Below are positions 20,690 to 34,559 of a stretch of DNA of 64,000 nt, piece after piece; the stretch's first letter is position 1; every line of letters starts with the position of its first letter. The position numbers and the translations under genes are program-made. The notes below the pieces were generated by a model, which did no database searches, was not told the DNA's origin, and was given only the letters and a program-made list of their open reading frames with translations. This DNA comes from Macrostomum lignano (lineage: Eukaryota), in contig NIVC01002246.1 in assembly GCA_002269645.1 (NCBI GenBank), forward strand, positions 186,001 to 250,000. Direction: 5' to 3'.

Positions 20690-23600
20690 TTTAGATAGTG
20701 TAAAGTATTTTTATGTATCAATTGAATCTCAGCACTTTTAGATAATAATGGTCCACTGGCATCTGATGATGATGGAACCTGCTGGCTTTGATAACTATTT
20801 GGTTTTTCTTTGTAGTACTAGTTGACCTTGTCTTTGGTTTGCTATTTGGAGCACATTTTGATTTTGCCAATTTGCCTGTAGGCACCACCTTATTTGGTGG
20901 CATTTTGTTGACAATCAAACAATGAATTACTAGAATTAGTTGATAATGATGATACCAATAGGTCCTGATAGGTCTGAAGAAGGCTCTTTTTTAATAGTCA
21001 ATAATATAATTCTTTGAAGTTTGAGTCAAAAAAGGTCTTATTTGTTGACATTAATTAAATCAACTATTGATAATCCTAGGGCTGAATTTTATTGAAACCT
21101 AGTCAAGCAAGAAAAAAAAAATTATAATAGCAAATTTGACATGATTTGACATTGAAAAATGTTAGGCCTATTGGAGTCTCAATAATAATACTAATAGGCA
21201 ATGACTACTAGGCAAAACCAACTAAATAAAAGACATGGTTAGGTCTTATACTATTAACTTTATTTGACAAGAAGTAATTTAATTTAAAAAATAGTAGCAA
21301 AATAAGTAGATAAATGGTATACTAATAGTATTTAGGTAACTAGGCCTAGATTTTAGCTTTAAATTTTTTTTTTCCTATATTTATATCTAAGTGTAGTCTA
21401 GATTAGAATATAAGAAAATTTTTTATTACTTTTCTAAACTTTCCCTAAGTATTTATAGACTAGGGATATATTTAGTTTATTAGATCCCATTGCCATAATT
21501 GAGATCATGCTAAGTGCATACTTAACAAAAAGTGAATAATTACAAATGCACACCAAAAAATTGCATGCATGTCTATTCTCAAAACTACATTGGTGTTGCA
21601 ACAATAAATGACCTTTTTACATTGCAACAAAAAATGATCTTTTTTGAATTGTGTAAAAAAACCTTTTTTGGCAGATAATTTGGTTGATTTTTTAGCAATA
21701 TTTTTTATAACAAAAAATTGATATGCATAAAATTATGTAAATGCCTTATTACAAGCTTTAAAAACCTAGAAAGCTTGAAATTTACGCTCAAATATGAACT
21801 TTTTTATCCTTTTTAAATTAACACTAGCTCTTCAATGTGATTCTATAAAGTGCATGCTAGATGTACATGCATGTTGCACACTTTTCTTAGGAATGATATA
21901 CACATGCTTTTTTGGTATGTATATGCAAAGCCAATTTTTTGGGCATATACTACATGATCCAGTGTGGTCACACTGTAAGCTACCAAGCTGTGCTATGGCC
22001 TTGTTTCTCTTTTTGAATCTGGCTAAACTACCATTAAAGTTGTCAAAAGGGCTATAGTTCTATTCTTAATGATAATCCTACTGATTTCACCAAAGTTACC
22101 CTAGTGCTAATTCCTATTCTATAAATTTACTATTTTAAAAAAAATCTTAGTACATATCTGAATATTTGTCTAATTATATGTCTAAGTATGTCTAAGTAGG
22201 CCTATATATCTAAGTATATGTCTTATTAATTATCTAATAAGACATAATTAGATAATTAGATAATTAGATAATTAGATAATTACATAATTAGAAGGTATAA
22301 AATATATATAGATGCCAGAGTTGTAGTTGTTGGGATTGCAGTTGTCATTGTCAAAATGAATACTTGTAAATAGTATTCATTTATTCTTGATTTTGGTAGC
22401 ATTCTTATTATTATTCTAGTAGCATTATAAACAAATCTGGGCTAAGCAATATAGTATTTATCTCTACTGATATTTCTATTGATATGTATTCTGTAAATAT
22501 TCTTAATTTTTGCTTTCTATATATATTTATAGATCTATTTTTTATTTTATTTTCCTTTTAATATTCTACCTCTCAATAGTATATACCATACATGATCCAT
22601 TTTACTTCACTATCAAAATGAATTAGATTGATGAAACACTTCCTTTATTCTAAAAACTTTTCAATTATTAACTTTCTTATATTTAGAACCCCAGTGGACA
22701 AGGTTGGTCTCCTCTCTGAAAAATATTAATTTATTTATACTAAACTTTAGTTGTGTAAAACAAAAATGAGTACAAAATATTTTAGAAAATATGTATTAAA
22801 ACAAAATGTTTTTCTTAGAAACCCAGATTTAAAATGGCATAGAAAGATAGAAAGATTTTTGTGTACAAATAAAGAATAAAAAAGGCCTTCTAACATTTGA
22901 AAATGATTGAAATTCATCAGTATAAGAAATGTTTACTTTCATGGTTTGCCAGAATCAAAAGGGGGATAGTAGTGATTAGTACAAATATAAGTAAAGCTTT
23001 TCTATGTTTAATCTGTGCCTTTAATATAGAAGTATATAACTTTCAGTTATTTTTTTATTTCTAATTCCCATTGCAAAGTTATGAACCTACATAGGCATAA
23101 AAGGTGAGCAAGGTGCACAAAAAAGGCACTTTAGTTGCTTATTTTGTGCATGTTTTAGAAATGCACCAGTATTTACCTATTTATGCCATGCATGTACACT
23201 TTATGCACCTCTAATTCATCTTTATGTGCTTTTTTGTGCCCCTTCAACACTTGTCATGCTCTTGCTATGCCTCACTTATGAGCCTACTATTCATCTTTTT
23301 GCACCTCCAATGCCCCTTATGTCCTTTATTGCTACTGCCACTCAATCAAAACCAAACCAATCAAAATAGACAATTCCCCTAATGCCTGACTACTTCATCA
23401 ATTGTAAACCTTTCATGCCTCTTTTCAAAAATATTGGCTACACTTTGGCATAAAAGGTGCACTTAGGGGCATTTCCAAAATGTGCATGAAATAGGCCACT
23501 AAAGTGCCTCTTTTGTGCACTTTGTTTGTTCACCTTCTATGCCTATGCAGGTGCTTAACTTTTCCAATGGGTTTATCAATTCCATGGCCTATCAAATGTG

Positions 23601-25210
23601 GGTCACAAATGTATGTAAAAAATGCAATTCACATGTAAATGTAATTAATTTAAATTGTATAAACGTTTTGTTAAATTATAAAGCATGAACAATGGTCATT
23701 TGACCTAATTAATATGCATGTGTATTGCTTATACAAGCCAGCCTTCATATTCAAAGTTTTTATAAAGTTGTTCCAAAAATTCTTGCCATGTTTCAGCATC
23801 ATTTATGCTAGTATCCTTGGTAGTAGCTAGTAAGCATTCTAGGTAGAACTTCAAGATAATGGTGCTATACATTTTTACTTGCTTGCAATCAGTAGTAACA
23901 CCTTGTTTAAGTAAAATTGACCACAATTTTTCAATGGCAAATGTGGCAAGTAAGTATATTTATGCTCCCTGCTATCAGGCTTAAACAGAATTCAATCTTT
24001 ATTCATTAGAATAAACATCTCAAAGTAAAGTAAAAAAAATCTCAATAAATTAATAGTAATAAATTAAATGCTTAAAAGTGCACAAATTTAAAAGTTAGAC
24101 AAAGCCAAAAGATTCAAAGATCTTAAAAGATTAAAAGTTAATGGTTTGATTTATATATTGTATATAATTAATGAAATAGGCTTTATTCTTTAGAATAGTT
24201 TTCCTAGAAAGTATTGCATTTGAAATTAGGCCACTTTGATTTAATGTGTATAATATTAGTAATATTGTGAAAAAATGAATATTATAAATTTTATTTGTTT
24301 TAAACCATACTGAAAAGGGGTATAAATATACAAGCTGCCAGCAAAAGAAAAGGCAACTTGCTATTTGCTTACAATTTGTTCCAGTATCTTAAATTGAAGC
24401 ATGAGCAATACTCACTAACTTACTTATTTAGAAGCATCAAAAGCCCCAAGATTGGGAGAATTCAATCCATTCTTAGAGAATGAGATATCCAGGTTTAGAA
24501 TCTGAGAAATCGCCTTTAGAAGGCAGTAATCCTACCACAGGGTAAAGTAATCCAGACTCAGAGTCTAAGAAACCTGCCTCAGGGCAGAATACCCAACAAG
24601 TAAGCTGTGACCCTCTGATCCTAGGAACACCAAGGACTGAGAGAATAAAAAAATCTTAGAATATAGGAATAGGTTAGACAGACATTAGACTGCTCAGGTG
24701 AAAAGTATGGTACATATACATATACTACCAGTAGATAAATACATGTGCTACCAGTGGATATATACACTATCAGAAGTACAACATCTGTAAAAGTACAAGT
24801 ATTATAAGAACTATTAGTAAAATCTTGGACACTTAACAGAGAGATTTTAATAGAGAGAAGTTAGCACTGTGACAACTTGGTGGCACTTTGTAAGATTATA
24901 TTAGGGACAGAAGTAACCCCTGCATCAACTTGGTGGCAGCTTTAGGAAATATGCAGAGTAGGAATTAAAAAAAGTAGCCCTACAACATTAATTTACACAA
25001 TTTTTTGTTATTTAGCAAGCATCCATACAGTCTTGAAATCCCAACAATTCTAGGATTTTAAAAAACAATATTTTGCTATAAATGAAATAAATAATTACAA
25101 AAAAGATTAAACTTCATAAAACTCAATCAAGTTAAAATCTATTTCAGCATAGTAAATTTTTTATGCCCTGATTTAAACAGACAATATAATAAAAGTCAAG
25201 CTTAGCAAAA
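20690..25210. other. AT-rich, CpG-depleted domain upstream of separase
   Basis: Only about three CG dinucleotides seen in ~4.5 kb (near 21785, 23664, 24512), with abrupt edges. Confidence 0.8.
23067..23571. mobile_element. Decayed MITE with ~100-bp inverted ends (CCC...GGG, piggyBac-like)
   Basis: cccattgcaaagttatgaacctacataggcataaaaggtga versus tcaccttctatgcctatgcaggtgcttaacttttccaatggg; TSD not clean. Confidence 0.5.
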
Positions 25211-25215
25211 CACCA

Positions 25216-28200
25216 ATGCCAGCGCCAGTTGAATTACCTGGGCAGGAAAGTCTGCAGATGTACTTCGATTGGGTGCAGCTCCATCGTCAGACAATGACAG
25301 CCGCTGTTGATAAGGAAGTCTCCGATTGGCGTTGCGGCAAAACGCCACAACCTGCGGCCGCTAACGCCTCTGTCAGCTCGTCAGCCAGCGCTACTAAGAA
25401 AACTTTGCCAAAGCAGTCGAAAGGGGAGAGTTCGTCAGATTCGGGTCTGACAGCTGGCGGGTGCGCGAAGCGCTCGCCTCCGAATAGCTACGACACATTG
25501 CCTACTCAGTTTGAGTGTCGGCAATTTCTGTGCCATCTGGAAGACTCCGCCAGCCAGTTGGAGGCTGCCATCGCAGCTCCCGGTGACTGCTCAGCTGGGG
25601 ACTTAAAGAAAAAGTAAAAGAGAATATGAGTGCATAAAGCATTGAGCCTTTAATATCTCTCAATAAACTTTTTTTAGAAAAATCGCCCATAGACACTGTG
25701 AGATTCTTCCATAGACACCGTGAAAATCGCCCATAGATACACCGTGAGAATCAATCATAGACAACCTGAGAATCGCCCAATAGCCATAGAGACTGTGAGA
25801 TTCGCCCATAGACACTGAGATTCGCCCATACTTACTTACTACTGACGGGGGGCGCAGGCGCCGCTAATAGGCCGTGAGGCCCCTATCGCAACCCCAAGGT
25901 AAAAGAGCACAAGGATTAACCCTGGGGGTGCGCCCAGTCCCCGCCAGTAGTCGGCAGGTTCGCAGTGGAGGCATCGGCGACCCTCATCTGGCCGGAGTCC
26001 CGGACGAAGGCGCGAAGGTCACAGATATTGTCCGGGGTGGTCAGCTCGTCCATCCGCTGGGGGTGGCCGAGGTATTTATGCCGCGCCTTGTTGAAGTAAG
26101 GGCAGAAGGTGACGTGATGCTCGTTGCCCAGGATGTTGCTGTGACCGGGTGTCCAGATAATTCTAATCCTGTTAAGGACTGAGAGAGATTGCACACTGCG
26201 GTGGCATTGAGATACTGTAGCAGCGGAGATATTCTCAGTGGTTAAGGGCTTAATAGCAAGCTTGGCTATCAGTGTTAAAGTTAATATTGAAGTTATTAAT
26301 ATTCGCCTGGAGCAGGTGCTGGGCGCACTGCTCAATGGCGCAAATTTCAGCTTGTAAAACCGAGATGTTCTCACCGAGGTGCAGACTTTCCTGGAAGAGC
26401 ATCTTACCCTCGTGGAAAATGACAATACCCGCTCCAGCGCGGCCGTTGAACAGCGAGCTGTCGGTGAAGCAGTGAATGCCCTGGCTGCGCCGGTTCACGC
26501 CGACATCCAGCGGAATGCTGTCTCGGCCAGGGATGGCGGCCTGGAAGCTCCTCCTGATGTTGAGAGCGGGGAGGCGACTATCCACATTGTCCAGGTCCAT
26601 GGGGATGTTGTTGAGGTCGCGGCGCACAAAATCCATATGCGGGATTAGGGTTTTCATTGGCACGAAGCCAGAGGGTGCGTTATTTAACGTTTTATCTCTG
26701 ATAAGTCGAGAGGCGGACTTCATGGCCTCCGCCCTAATAAATAGGTAAAGTTAGGACCATGCACATCTCCCTGAGGTCGGTTCTGTTAAGCGAAATCAGA
26801 TAAATCAGAGACTTTCCTGTTCAGGTTAGGCATGGCAGAGCGGGTTTGCCTGTACTCGGTGCAGCTGTTCCAGTGGAGCTGGTGCTGCTGATGGAGCCAC
26901 CTGTTGATATGGCGGGTGACTTGCGACCTGGGGGTGGGTAGCCTCATCAGACGGTGGTTGCCGTCTGGGTTGCTGCCCTCCTTGGCGAGAGAGTCCGCAA
27001 GCTCGTTGCCCAGGATGTTGCTGTGACCAGGTGTCCAGATAATTCTAATCCTGTTAAAGACTGAGAGGGATTGCACACTGTGGTGGCATTGAGATACTGT
27101 AGCAGTGGAGATAATCTCAGTGGTTAAGGCCTTAATAGCAGCTTGGCTATCAGTGTAAAAATGAATATTGAAGTTATTAATGTTCGCCTGGAGTAGGTGC
27201 TTGGCGCATTGCTCAATGGCGCGAATTTCAGCTTGGAAAACCGAGGTATTCTCACCGAGGTGCAGAATTTTGCCCATAGAGACTGCGAGATTCGCCCATA
27301 GACACTGTTAGAATCGCCCATAGTCTCACTGGGAGAATCGCCCATAGTCTCACTGGGAGAATCGCCCATAGTCGCACTGGGAGAATCGCCCATGGACACG
27401 TGAGAATCGCCCATAGACACTGTTAGAATCGCCCATAGTCGCACTGGGAGAATCGCCCATAGTCTCACTGGGAGAATCGCCCATATTCTCACTGGGAGAA
27501 TCGCCCATAGTCGCACTGGGAGAATCGCCCATGGACACGTGAGAATCGCCCATAGTCGCACTGGGAGAATCGCCCATGGACACGTGAGAATCGCCCATAG
27601 ACACTGTTAGAATCGCCCATAGTCGCACTGGGAGAATCGCCCATCGTCTCACTGGGAGAATCGCCCATCGTCGCACTGGGAGAATCGCCCATCGTCGCAC
27701 TGGGAGAATCGCCCATAGTCTCACTGGGAGAATCGCCCATAGTCTCACTGGGAGAATCGCCCATAGTCGCACTGGAAGAATCGCCCATAGTCTCACTGGG
27801 AGAATCGCCCATAGTCTCACTGGGAGAATCGCCCATAGTCGCACTGGGAGAATCGCCCATAGTCTCACTGGGAGAATCGCCCATAGTCGCACTGGGAGAA
27901 TCGCCCATAGTCTCACTGGGAGAATCGCCCATAGTCGCACTGGGAGAATCGCCCATAGTCGCACTGGGAGAATCGCCCATGGTCTCACTAGGAGAATCGC
28001 CCATAGTCGCACTGGGAGAATCGCCCATAGACACGTGAGAATCGCCCATAGACACGTGAGAATCGCCCATAGACATCCTAAGTTCTCCCATAGACACAGT
28101 GAGAGTCGCCCATAGACACCCTAAGATTCGCCCATAGACACATGAGAATCGCCCATAGACACGTGAGAATTGCCCATAGACACCCTAAGTTCTCCCATAG

Positions 28201-31200
28201 ACAGTGAAAATCGCCCATAGACACCCTGTGAGAATCGCTCGCAGTCTGCCATCCAAATCCTACTGCAGGCAGCAGTATCAGCAGGCTCAACCGCCACAGC
28301 TGCCACCGCCTCGAGCCGTTCTTGACCGTCTCAGTCTGCTAGAAGCTCTGGCCGAATTGCACGAAGCCGACGACTTGACCAGGCGACTGTACAGCCTGCA
28401 CGCCAGCTACGCTTGCAGAACCCGCCGCGGTCGAGACTTCTGGCTGGTGAACTGTCGGCACCTGTTGCACCTAGCTTGGCGCGGTCGTGTCGACGAATTA
28501 GCTACTCTGCGCGCCAGTTTAGAACCATTTCGTGCGCAATGTGCGCCAGGCGTTGGCGCCTACGAGCCGTCAACTCAAACCGACGATGCTGTTAGCGGTA
28601 AAACTTCGGCCTCGTCGAACACGTGGTACCCAGAGGAGCTGATATTGGCAGATCTAGCCGAAGCGATTTGCACCGCCAGCGTCGAGGGTGGAACGCCTAA
28701 ACGCTTTGCCGACGCCTGCGCTCGGCTGCGGCTGATTGTGCGCCGGCATCGAGACGATTTTGCTGGCAAAACTAGGGATCTCATGCTGGCCAGGGCCATG
28801 CTGCTGCTCTGGCAGGTAGGTGGAGTGGGGTGGGTGTCTAGGCGGAGTGGGGTGGGTGTCTAGGCGGAGTGGGGTGGGTGTCTAGGCGGAGTGGGGTGGG
28901 TGTCTAGGCGGAGTGGGGAGGGTGTCTAGGTGGAGTGGGGTGGGTGTCTAGGCGGAGTGGGGTGGGTGTTTATGAGGAGTGAGGTGGGTGTCTAGGCGGA
29001 GTGAGGGGGTATCTAGGCGGAGTGGGGTGGGTGTCTAGGCGGAGTGAGGGGGTATCTAGGCGGAGTGGGGTGGGTGTCTAGGCGGAGTGGGGTAGGTGTC
29101 TTGGCGGAGTGGGGTAGGTGTCTTGGCGGAGTGGGGTGGGTGTCTTGGCGGAGTGGGGTGGGTGTCTTATGGGAGTGGGGTGGGTGTCTATGCGGAGTGA
29201 GGTGGGTGTCTAGGCGGATTGGGGAGGGTGTCTATGCGGAGTGGGGTGGGTGTCTTGGCGGAGTGGGAGTGGGGTGGGTGTCTTGGCGGAGTGGGGACGT
29301 GGGGTGGGTGGCTAGTCAGAGATATTCAAAAGTGGGTTGCTTCCACCTCTACTAGGTTCGCTGCCGCCTTCTCGCCGGCCCCGAACTAGATGGCGACGAG
29401 GTCGCCGTGTGGGGCGAAGATCCCGCTGACACTGCTGTCGGCGACCCAGGCGGAGCCGACCCGATGGAGCAGCTGCTGTACTTGCGCAAGCTGACCGTCT
29501 CCCTGGTGCTGCACCATTTCCGCGAGAAGACGCCATGCCAGTTGCCGGTGAAGTCGGCCGATCCATTCGCTAGGGACGCCTGGCTCAGCGTGCACCTGCT
29601 GCTGCTGTGCCGCCACCAGCTGGCCTGGCTGTTCACCTACGCTGGCGCGGTGCGGGAGAGCTGCGCATACCTGCGCGAGTGCATGCTGGCGGCTCAGTCG
29701 CTGTGCCTGCCAAGCATGGTGGCTCGGTGTCTGCTGTTGTACGCTCACCTGGATGCCGAGTGCGACAATCAGCCTGGGGCTAGGGTTCGACTGATGCAGG
29801 TGAGGACTGGCTGAGTTCTGTTGAGTCCTGATTAAGCAATGTTTATTCTGTTGACTGTGTCAGCAACCTTTGACTCTTTCTAGGAATGTGTCAACAAGAT
29901 TTGACTCTTTATATGAATGTGTCAGCAAGATTTGACTCTTTTTAGGAATGTTTCAGCAAGAATTGGCTGTGTCTAAGAATGTCAGCAAGATTTGACTCTT
30001 TCTGGAAATGTGTCAGCAACCTTTGACTTTCTAGGAATGTGTCAGCAACCTTTGACTCTTTCTGGAAATGTGTCAGCAACCTTTGACTCTTTCTGGAAAT
30101 GTGTCAGCAACCTTTGACTCTCTGAGAACCTGTCAGCTACTCATCGACCGTTTGAATTTTCTTTGAATGTGTCGGACATCTTTCAAACGGTCTTCGTCTC
30201 CCCCAGGTGGAGTTCATTCGAAGTCACAGTCGAATTCGACAGCAATTCCAACGGCTAAACTCAAGGAGCCCTGGCAACCAGGCTACTGAGAACTGTGCTC
30301 AAACTCGTCAAACCGATGATGCAGATGATGATGTAGATGCTGATGCTGGATTCTTGGTTGCTGGGCGACTCTCTAGCGAAGACAAAGACAGCAGCGGCGG
30401 CGGCAGTGACCAAGATTTGGAGAGATCGCCGAGTGCTATGAAGCCTTCGACAGTGTCGGACAGTGATGCTGCTGGCTGGGATCTGCTTGGCGAAGCGGCC
30501 CGCGAGTTTGCCTGGCTCAGTTCCGCTATGGAGGCGAGTCGGGCAGGTCGGCGCCACGCTGAGCAGGAGAACTCAACTGTCAAAGGCGTTGAGACCGACG
30601 GGTTATTCGCCTCTCTGCTGCCGATTGCATTCAGCTCAGCAAGTAGCAGCAGTCTGGAAGTCGGCTTCGAAGGTCTAGATATTCAGCAGTCGGTTTGCGA
30701 CGAGTCCGCCGATCGTCGGTCACCGTCGGCCGCTGCGATGCCGCCGCCGCCAGCGCCGCCGAAGAAGCGCGGCGCCGCCGCTGACAGCACGTCGTTTTCC
30801 AAACCCGCCGCCGCTGTTGTCGACGAAGATCGCCGAGCTATCGGTCGGATTAACAAGATGTTCATGCTGCGGCAGAAGCGGATTAATCCGGCTGCCGCGT
30901 CGGCGGCACCAGCGGCTCCAGCGGCGCCTCCCAGGACGCGACGAGCCGCGGCTGCTGCCGCCTCCGCCACCGTCGCCGCTGTGTCGTCGTCAATCGAATC
31001 CGCTCCCCAAGCCGACTTTGTGCCCCAGAATATTCTGCGCCGCCTAGAGGACACTGCGGCAGCTGGGAAGCATCATCATCGGGTTCCGGATCCAAGCAGC
31101 TCCGGCGAAGCCGAGCCGGTGGACGAAGCTGCCGTAGCAGCCGCTATTGATCGCTTGGAGTCCGCCTACAAGCTGCTCAGGTGGCTGCCGCCGCCACGCC

Positions 31201-33256
31201 TGTTCCGTCCGCTGTGCCAGCAGCTTGCCGTGGCCAGCTTGCACTGCGGCAGGTTGTGGGAAGCCGCTCACTACCTGTGCCGGTGTCTGCACGTGTCTGC
31301 CGGGCATTTGGACAGGGCCAACCTGAGAATGCGCTCGGCAGATCAAATACTGCGCCGGGTGCTGGCTTGCGATAGCGGGCCTGCTGGCCTGCGGGCTGCT
31401 CTGGACTATCTGCCTGCTAGCTGGAGCGTGCTGCAGATCAGGTATGGAATTCTGCTCTGGTGTACCCGTCAATCCACCTTGATTTACCTGAGAATCTACC
31501 CTGATCTACCTGCGTATCTACCTTAATCTACCCCAGAATCTACCCTAATCTACCCGAGAATCTACCTTAATCTACTCGAGAATCTACCTTAATTTACCTG
31601 AGAATCTACCCTAATCTACCTGAAAATCTACCCTAATCTACCTGAGAATCTACTCTAATTTACCTCAGAATCTACTCTTATCTACCCAAGAATCTACCTT
31701 AATCTACCCGAAAATATACCCGAGAATCTACATTTAACTACCCAAGAATCAACCTCAATCTACCCGATAATCTACCCTAATCTACCCGAGAAGCTACCCA
31801 AATCTACCCGAGAATCTACCTTAACCTACTCGAGAACCTATCCGAGAATCTACCCTAATCTACCCGAGAATCTACCCTAATCTACCTGAGAATCTGCCAC
31901 GATCTCTCAAACAACTGCAGCTACGTGGACTCGGTGCCCGGCGTGGAGCCGTTCCTGCTGGTGCTCCGCCTGACTCCCGGCGCCGACCAGCCCGCCATCT
32001 GCAGCCTCCGCGGCCTTGGCTTGGACTTTCTCGACGAATGGCAGTCGCTGATGCGCCTGAACTCAGCTAGCATGCGGACTAGCGACCAGCCTCAGGCTTG
32101 GTGGCGCCGGCGCTACCGGCTGGACGAGAGCGCATCCGAGCTGGCGCGCAGTCTGCGATGCCGCTGGCTGTCCAGTCCGGCTGCCAAACTGCTGGACCTG
32201 GACTCGGCAGGCGAGGCTGTGCTGCTGCTGGACCGTCGGCTGCACGAGTTCCCCTGGGAGGCGGCGCTGTCGGGCACGCTGAGGTTCTCCCGCATGCCCA
32301 GCCTGTCTGCTCTGGTGGGCTCTGTGGCCCAGGTGAGCACTGCTCTGGCGCTGTTGATTTTCTTAGATCCCTCTCGGATCCACATTCACAGATCCTTTCC
32401 GGTTTTCCAGGTCCGTCACAGATCCCTAACTCCCAAGTTCCCCAACACGGATCCCCGGGTCCTTCCCAAATCTCCAGGTCCGTCACAGATCCCTAACTCC
32501 CAAGTTCCCCAACACGGATCCCCGGGTCCTTCCCAAATCTCCAGGTCCGTCACAGATCCCTAACTCCCAAGTTCCCCAACCCAGATCCTCAACTCCCCAG
32601 ATCCCCAACTCCCCTGATGCTTCACAGATCCCTCCAGATCCTCATCCCCAAGCCCAAACAAAGCCTATAGTCTGAAACAGTATAACAAGAACCCTACCTG
32701 TCAGGTGCGCAGCCAGCTCTCTCTGCAGCGCTCCTACTACGTGCTGAACCCGGACCGCAGCCTGCCAGCCACCGAGGCCACCTTCGCTCCAATCTTCGCC
32801 GACCTTGGCTGGGACGGCGTCGCCTCCCGGCCCCCGGAAGAGTCCGAGCTTCTGGCCGCTCTAAAACAGCGCGACCTGTACGTTTACTGCGGCCACGGCT
32901 CCGGGTCCAAGTACCTGTCCAACCAGTCTGTGCAGCAGTCCAGCGTCAGGGCCGCCGCGTTTCTGATTGGCTGCTCCTCGGGCCGGCTGCACCAGGAGGG
33001 CCGGTTCGAGCCGATCGGCACGGTGCACAGCTACATCATGGGCGGCTGCCCGGCCGTGCTGGCAGTGCTGTGGGACGTCACCGACAAGGATATTGACAGG
33101 TTCTTTAATCGGTTGCTGAGCGTCTGGCGCGGCGTTGAAGACGGCGGCAGCGAGCTGCCGAAGCTGATCAACGAGGCCAGAGCTGCCTGCAAGCTGCGCT
33201 GCCTCATCGGAGCGGCTCCGGTGCTGTTTGGCCTGCCCAGCTTCCCTGGCAACTAA
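25216..33256 (+). CDS. ESPL1: Separase; exons 25216-25613, 28245-28815, 29356-29799, 30207-31441, 31921-32332, 32705-33256
   Basis: Catalytic [10 protein letters not shown] (His) and FLIGCSSG (Cys), [23 protein letters not shown]; all exon phases join consistently; first exon is the least certain. Confidence 0.92.
25831..27270 (-). mobile_element. Two adjacent truncated fragments of an RNase H-bearing non-LTR retrotransposon, with a short tandem 3' tail
   Basis: RNase H motifs [28 protein letters not shown]; tail appears as cttacttactact at 25831-25843. Confidence 0.85.
27270..28235. repeat. 24-bp minisatellite (GAGAATCGCCCATAG core); related units also at 25680-25830
   Basis: actgggagaatcgcccatagtc(g/t)c units. 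Confidence 0.95.
28817..29310. repeat. 22-bp G-rich minisatellite (GGAGTGGGGTGGGTGTCTAGGC) filling a separase intron
   Basis: Begins at the donor site of exon 28245-28815. Confidence 0.95.
29855..30130. repeat. ~30-bp intronic tandem repeat
   Basis: gtcagcaa(cc/ga)tttgactct units. Confidence 0.85.
31480..31895. repeat. 11/22-bp intronic repeat (AATCTACC core)
   Basis: aatctaccctaatctacccgag units. Confidence 0.9.
32407..32590. repeat. 67-bp tandem repeat, ~2.6 copies
   Basis: ccaggtccgtcacag at 32407, 32474, 32541. Confidence 0.9.
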
Positions 33257-33349
33257 CTAATTACCTGTGTGAGGCGTTATTATCTGTTGGGGTTGCACGT
33301 TACCTGTTGCGGAAATATTTATTCAATTTTCAGAAGCAGAAATCCTTTG

Positions 33350-34050
33350 TTGCTGGGCCAGCCTCCCAGATCCTCAGTTGCTGGGCCAGCCTCCCAGATC
33401 CTTAGTTGCTGGGCCAGCCTCCCAAATCCTCAGTTGCTGGGCCAGCCTCCCAAATCCTCAGTTGCTGGGCCAGCCTCCCAAATCCTCAGTTGCAGGGCCA
33501 GCCTCCCAGGTCTTCAGTTGCTGGGCCAGCCTCCCAGATCCTCAGTTGCAGGGCCAGCCTCCCAGGTCTTCAGTTGCAGGGCCAGCCTCCCAGATCCTCA
33601 GTTGCTGGGCCAGCCTCCCAAATCCTCAGTTGCAGGGCCAGCCTCCCAGGTCTTCAGTTGCAGGGCCAGCCTCCCAGATCCTCAGTTGCTGGGCCAGCCT
33701 CCCAAATCCTCAGTTGCAGGGCCAGCCTCCCAGATCCTCAGTTGCTGGGCCAGCCTCCCAGATCCTCAGTTGCTGGGCCAGCCTCCCAGATCCTCAGTTG
33801 CTGGGCCAGCCTCCCAGGTCTTCAGTTGCAGGGCCAGCCTCCCAGATCCTCAGTTGCTGGGCCAGCCTCCCAGGTCTTCAGTTGCAGGGCCAGCCTCCCA
33901 GATCCTCAGTTGCTGGGCCAGCCTCCCAAATCCTCAGTTGCAGGGCCAGCCTCCCAGATCCTCAGTTGCTGGGCCAGCCTCCCAGATCCTCAGTTGCTGG
34001 GCCAGCCTCCCAGATCCTCAGTTGCTGGGCCAGCCTCCCAGGTCCTCAGT
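33350..34050. repeat. 28-bp minisatellite just downstream of the separase stop
   Basis: gttgctgggccagcctcccagatcctca units. Confidence 0.95.
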
Positions 34051-34559
34051 AGCTTCAATAATCTTACCTTTTCGATATATAACTAATGATGATTAGTAGA
34101 TAATTCGAGAATATCAGTTAGGGAAAGTTCTGCGGGTGACCTTGTTTGACCTTTGACCGGGCGATCATCAAAATAATATTACTTTTTAAAGGTGCTTAAT
34201 AAATGTATCGGTGAACAGCTACAAAGCATTTTTATTCCGCTTTTAAGTTCGACTCTGCAGCTTAAATTCAAGTTTTTCTCTTCTACTAAAGTATAAATTT
34301 AGTGCTATTCATTGAGCCAGTCTGGTGCTTAAGTCAGTCCTCTGTTAGCTTTTACAACCTAGGATTATTGGACTAATTTTGCCGAATTTTGTGTCTCTTA
34401 CATTATTATTAATATGCACTGACTACAAAGCATTTCTTCTAATGACAAGTAGTGACTTGCGAATATATGCTCACATTTTCGTTTCGTTTTCTGCAATTAT
34501 TCAAAGACTAACGCTTAAAATGTGCTGTAATTTCTGTCTTGTTCGTGATTTCCTTTGCG

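Noticed and set aside
21503-21960. Degenerate inverted repeat, possible MITE
   Set aside because: Too diverged to define ends or a TSD by eye
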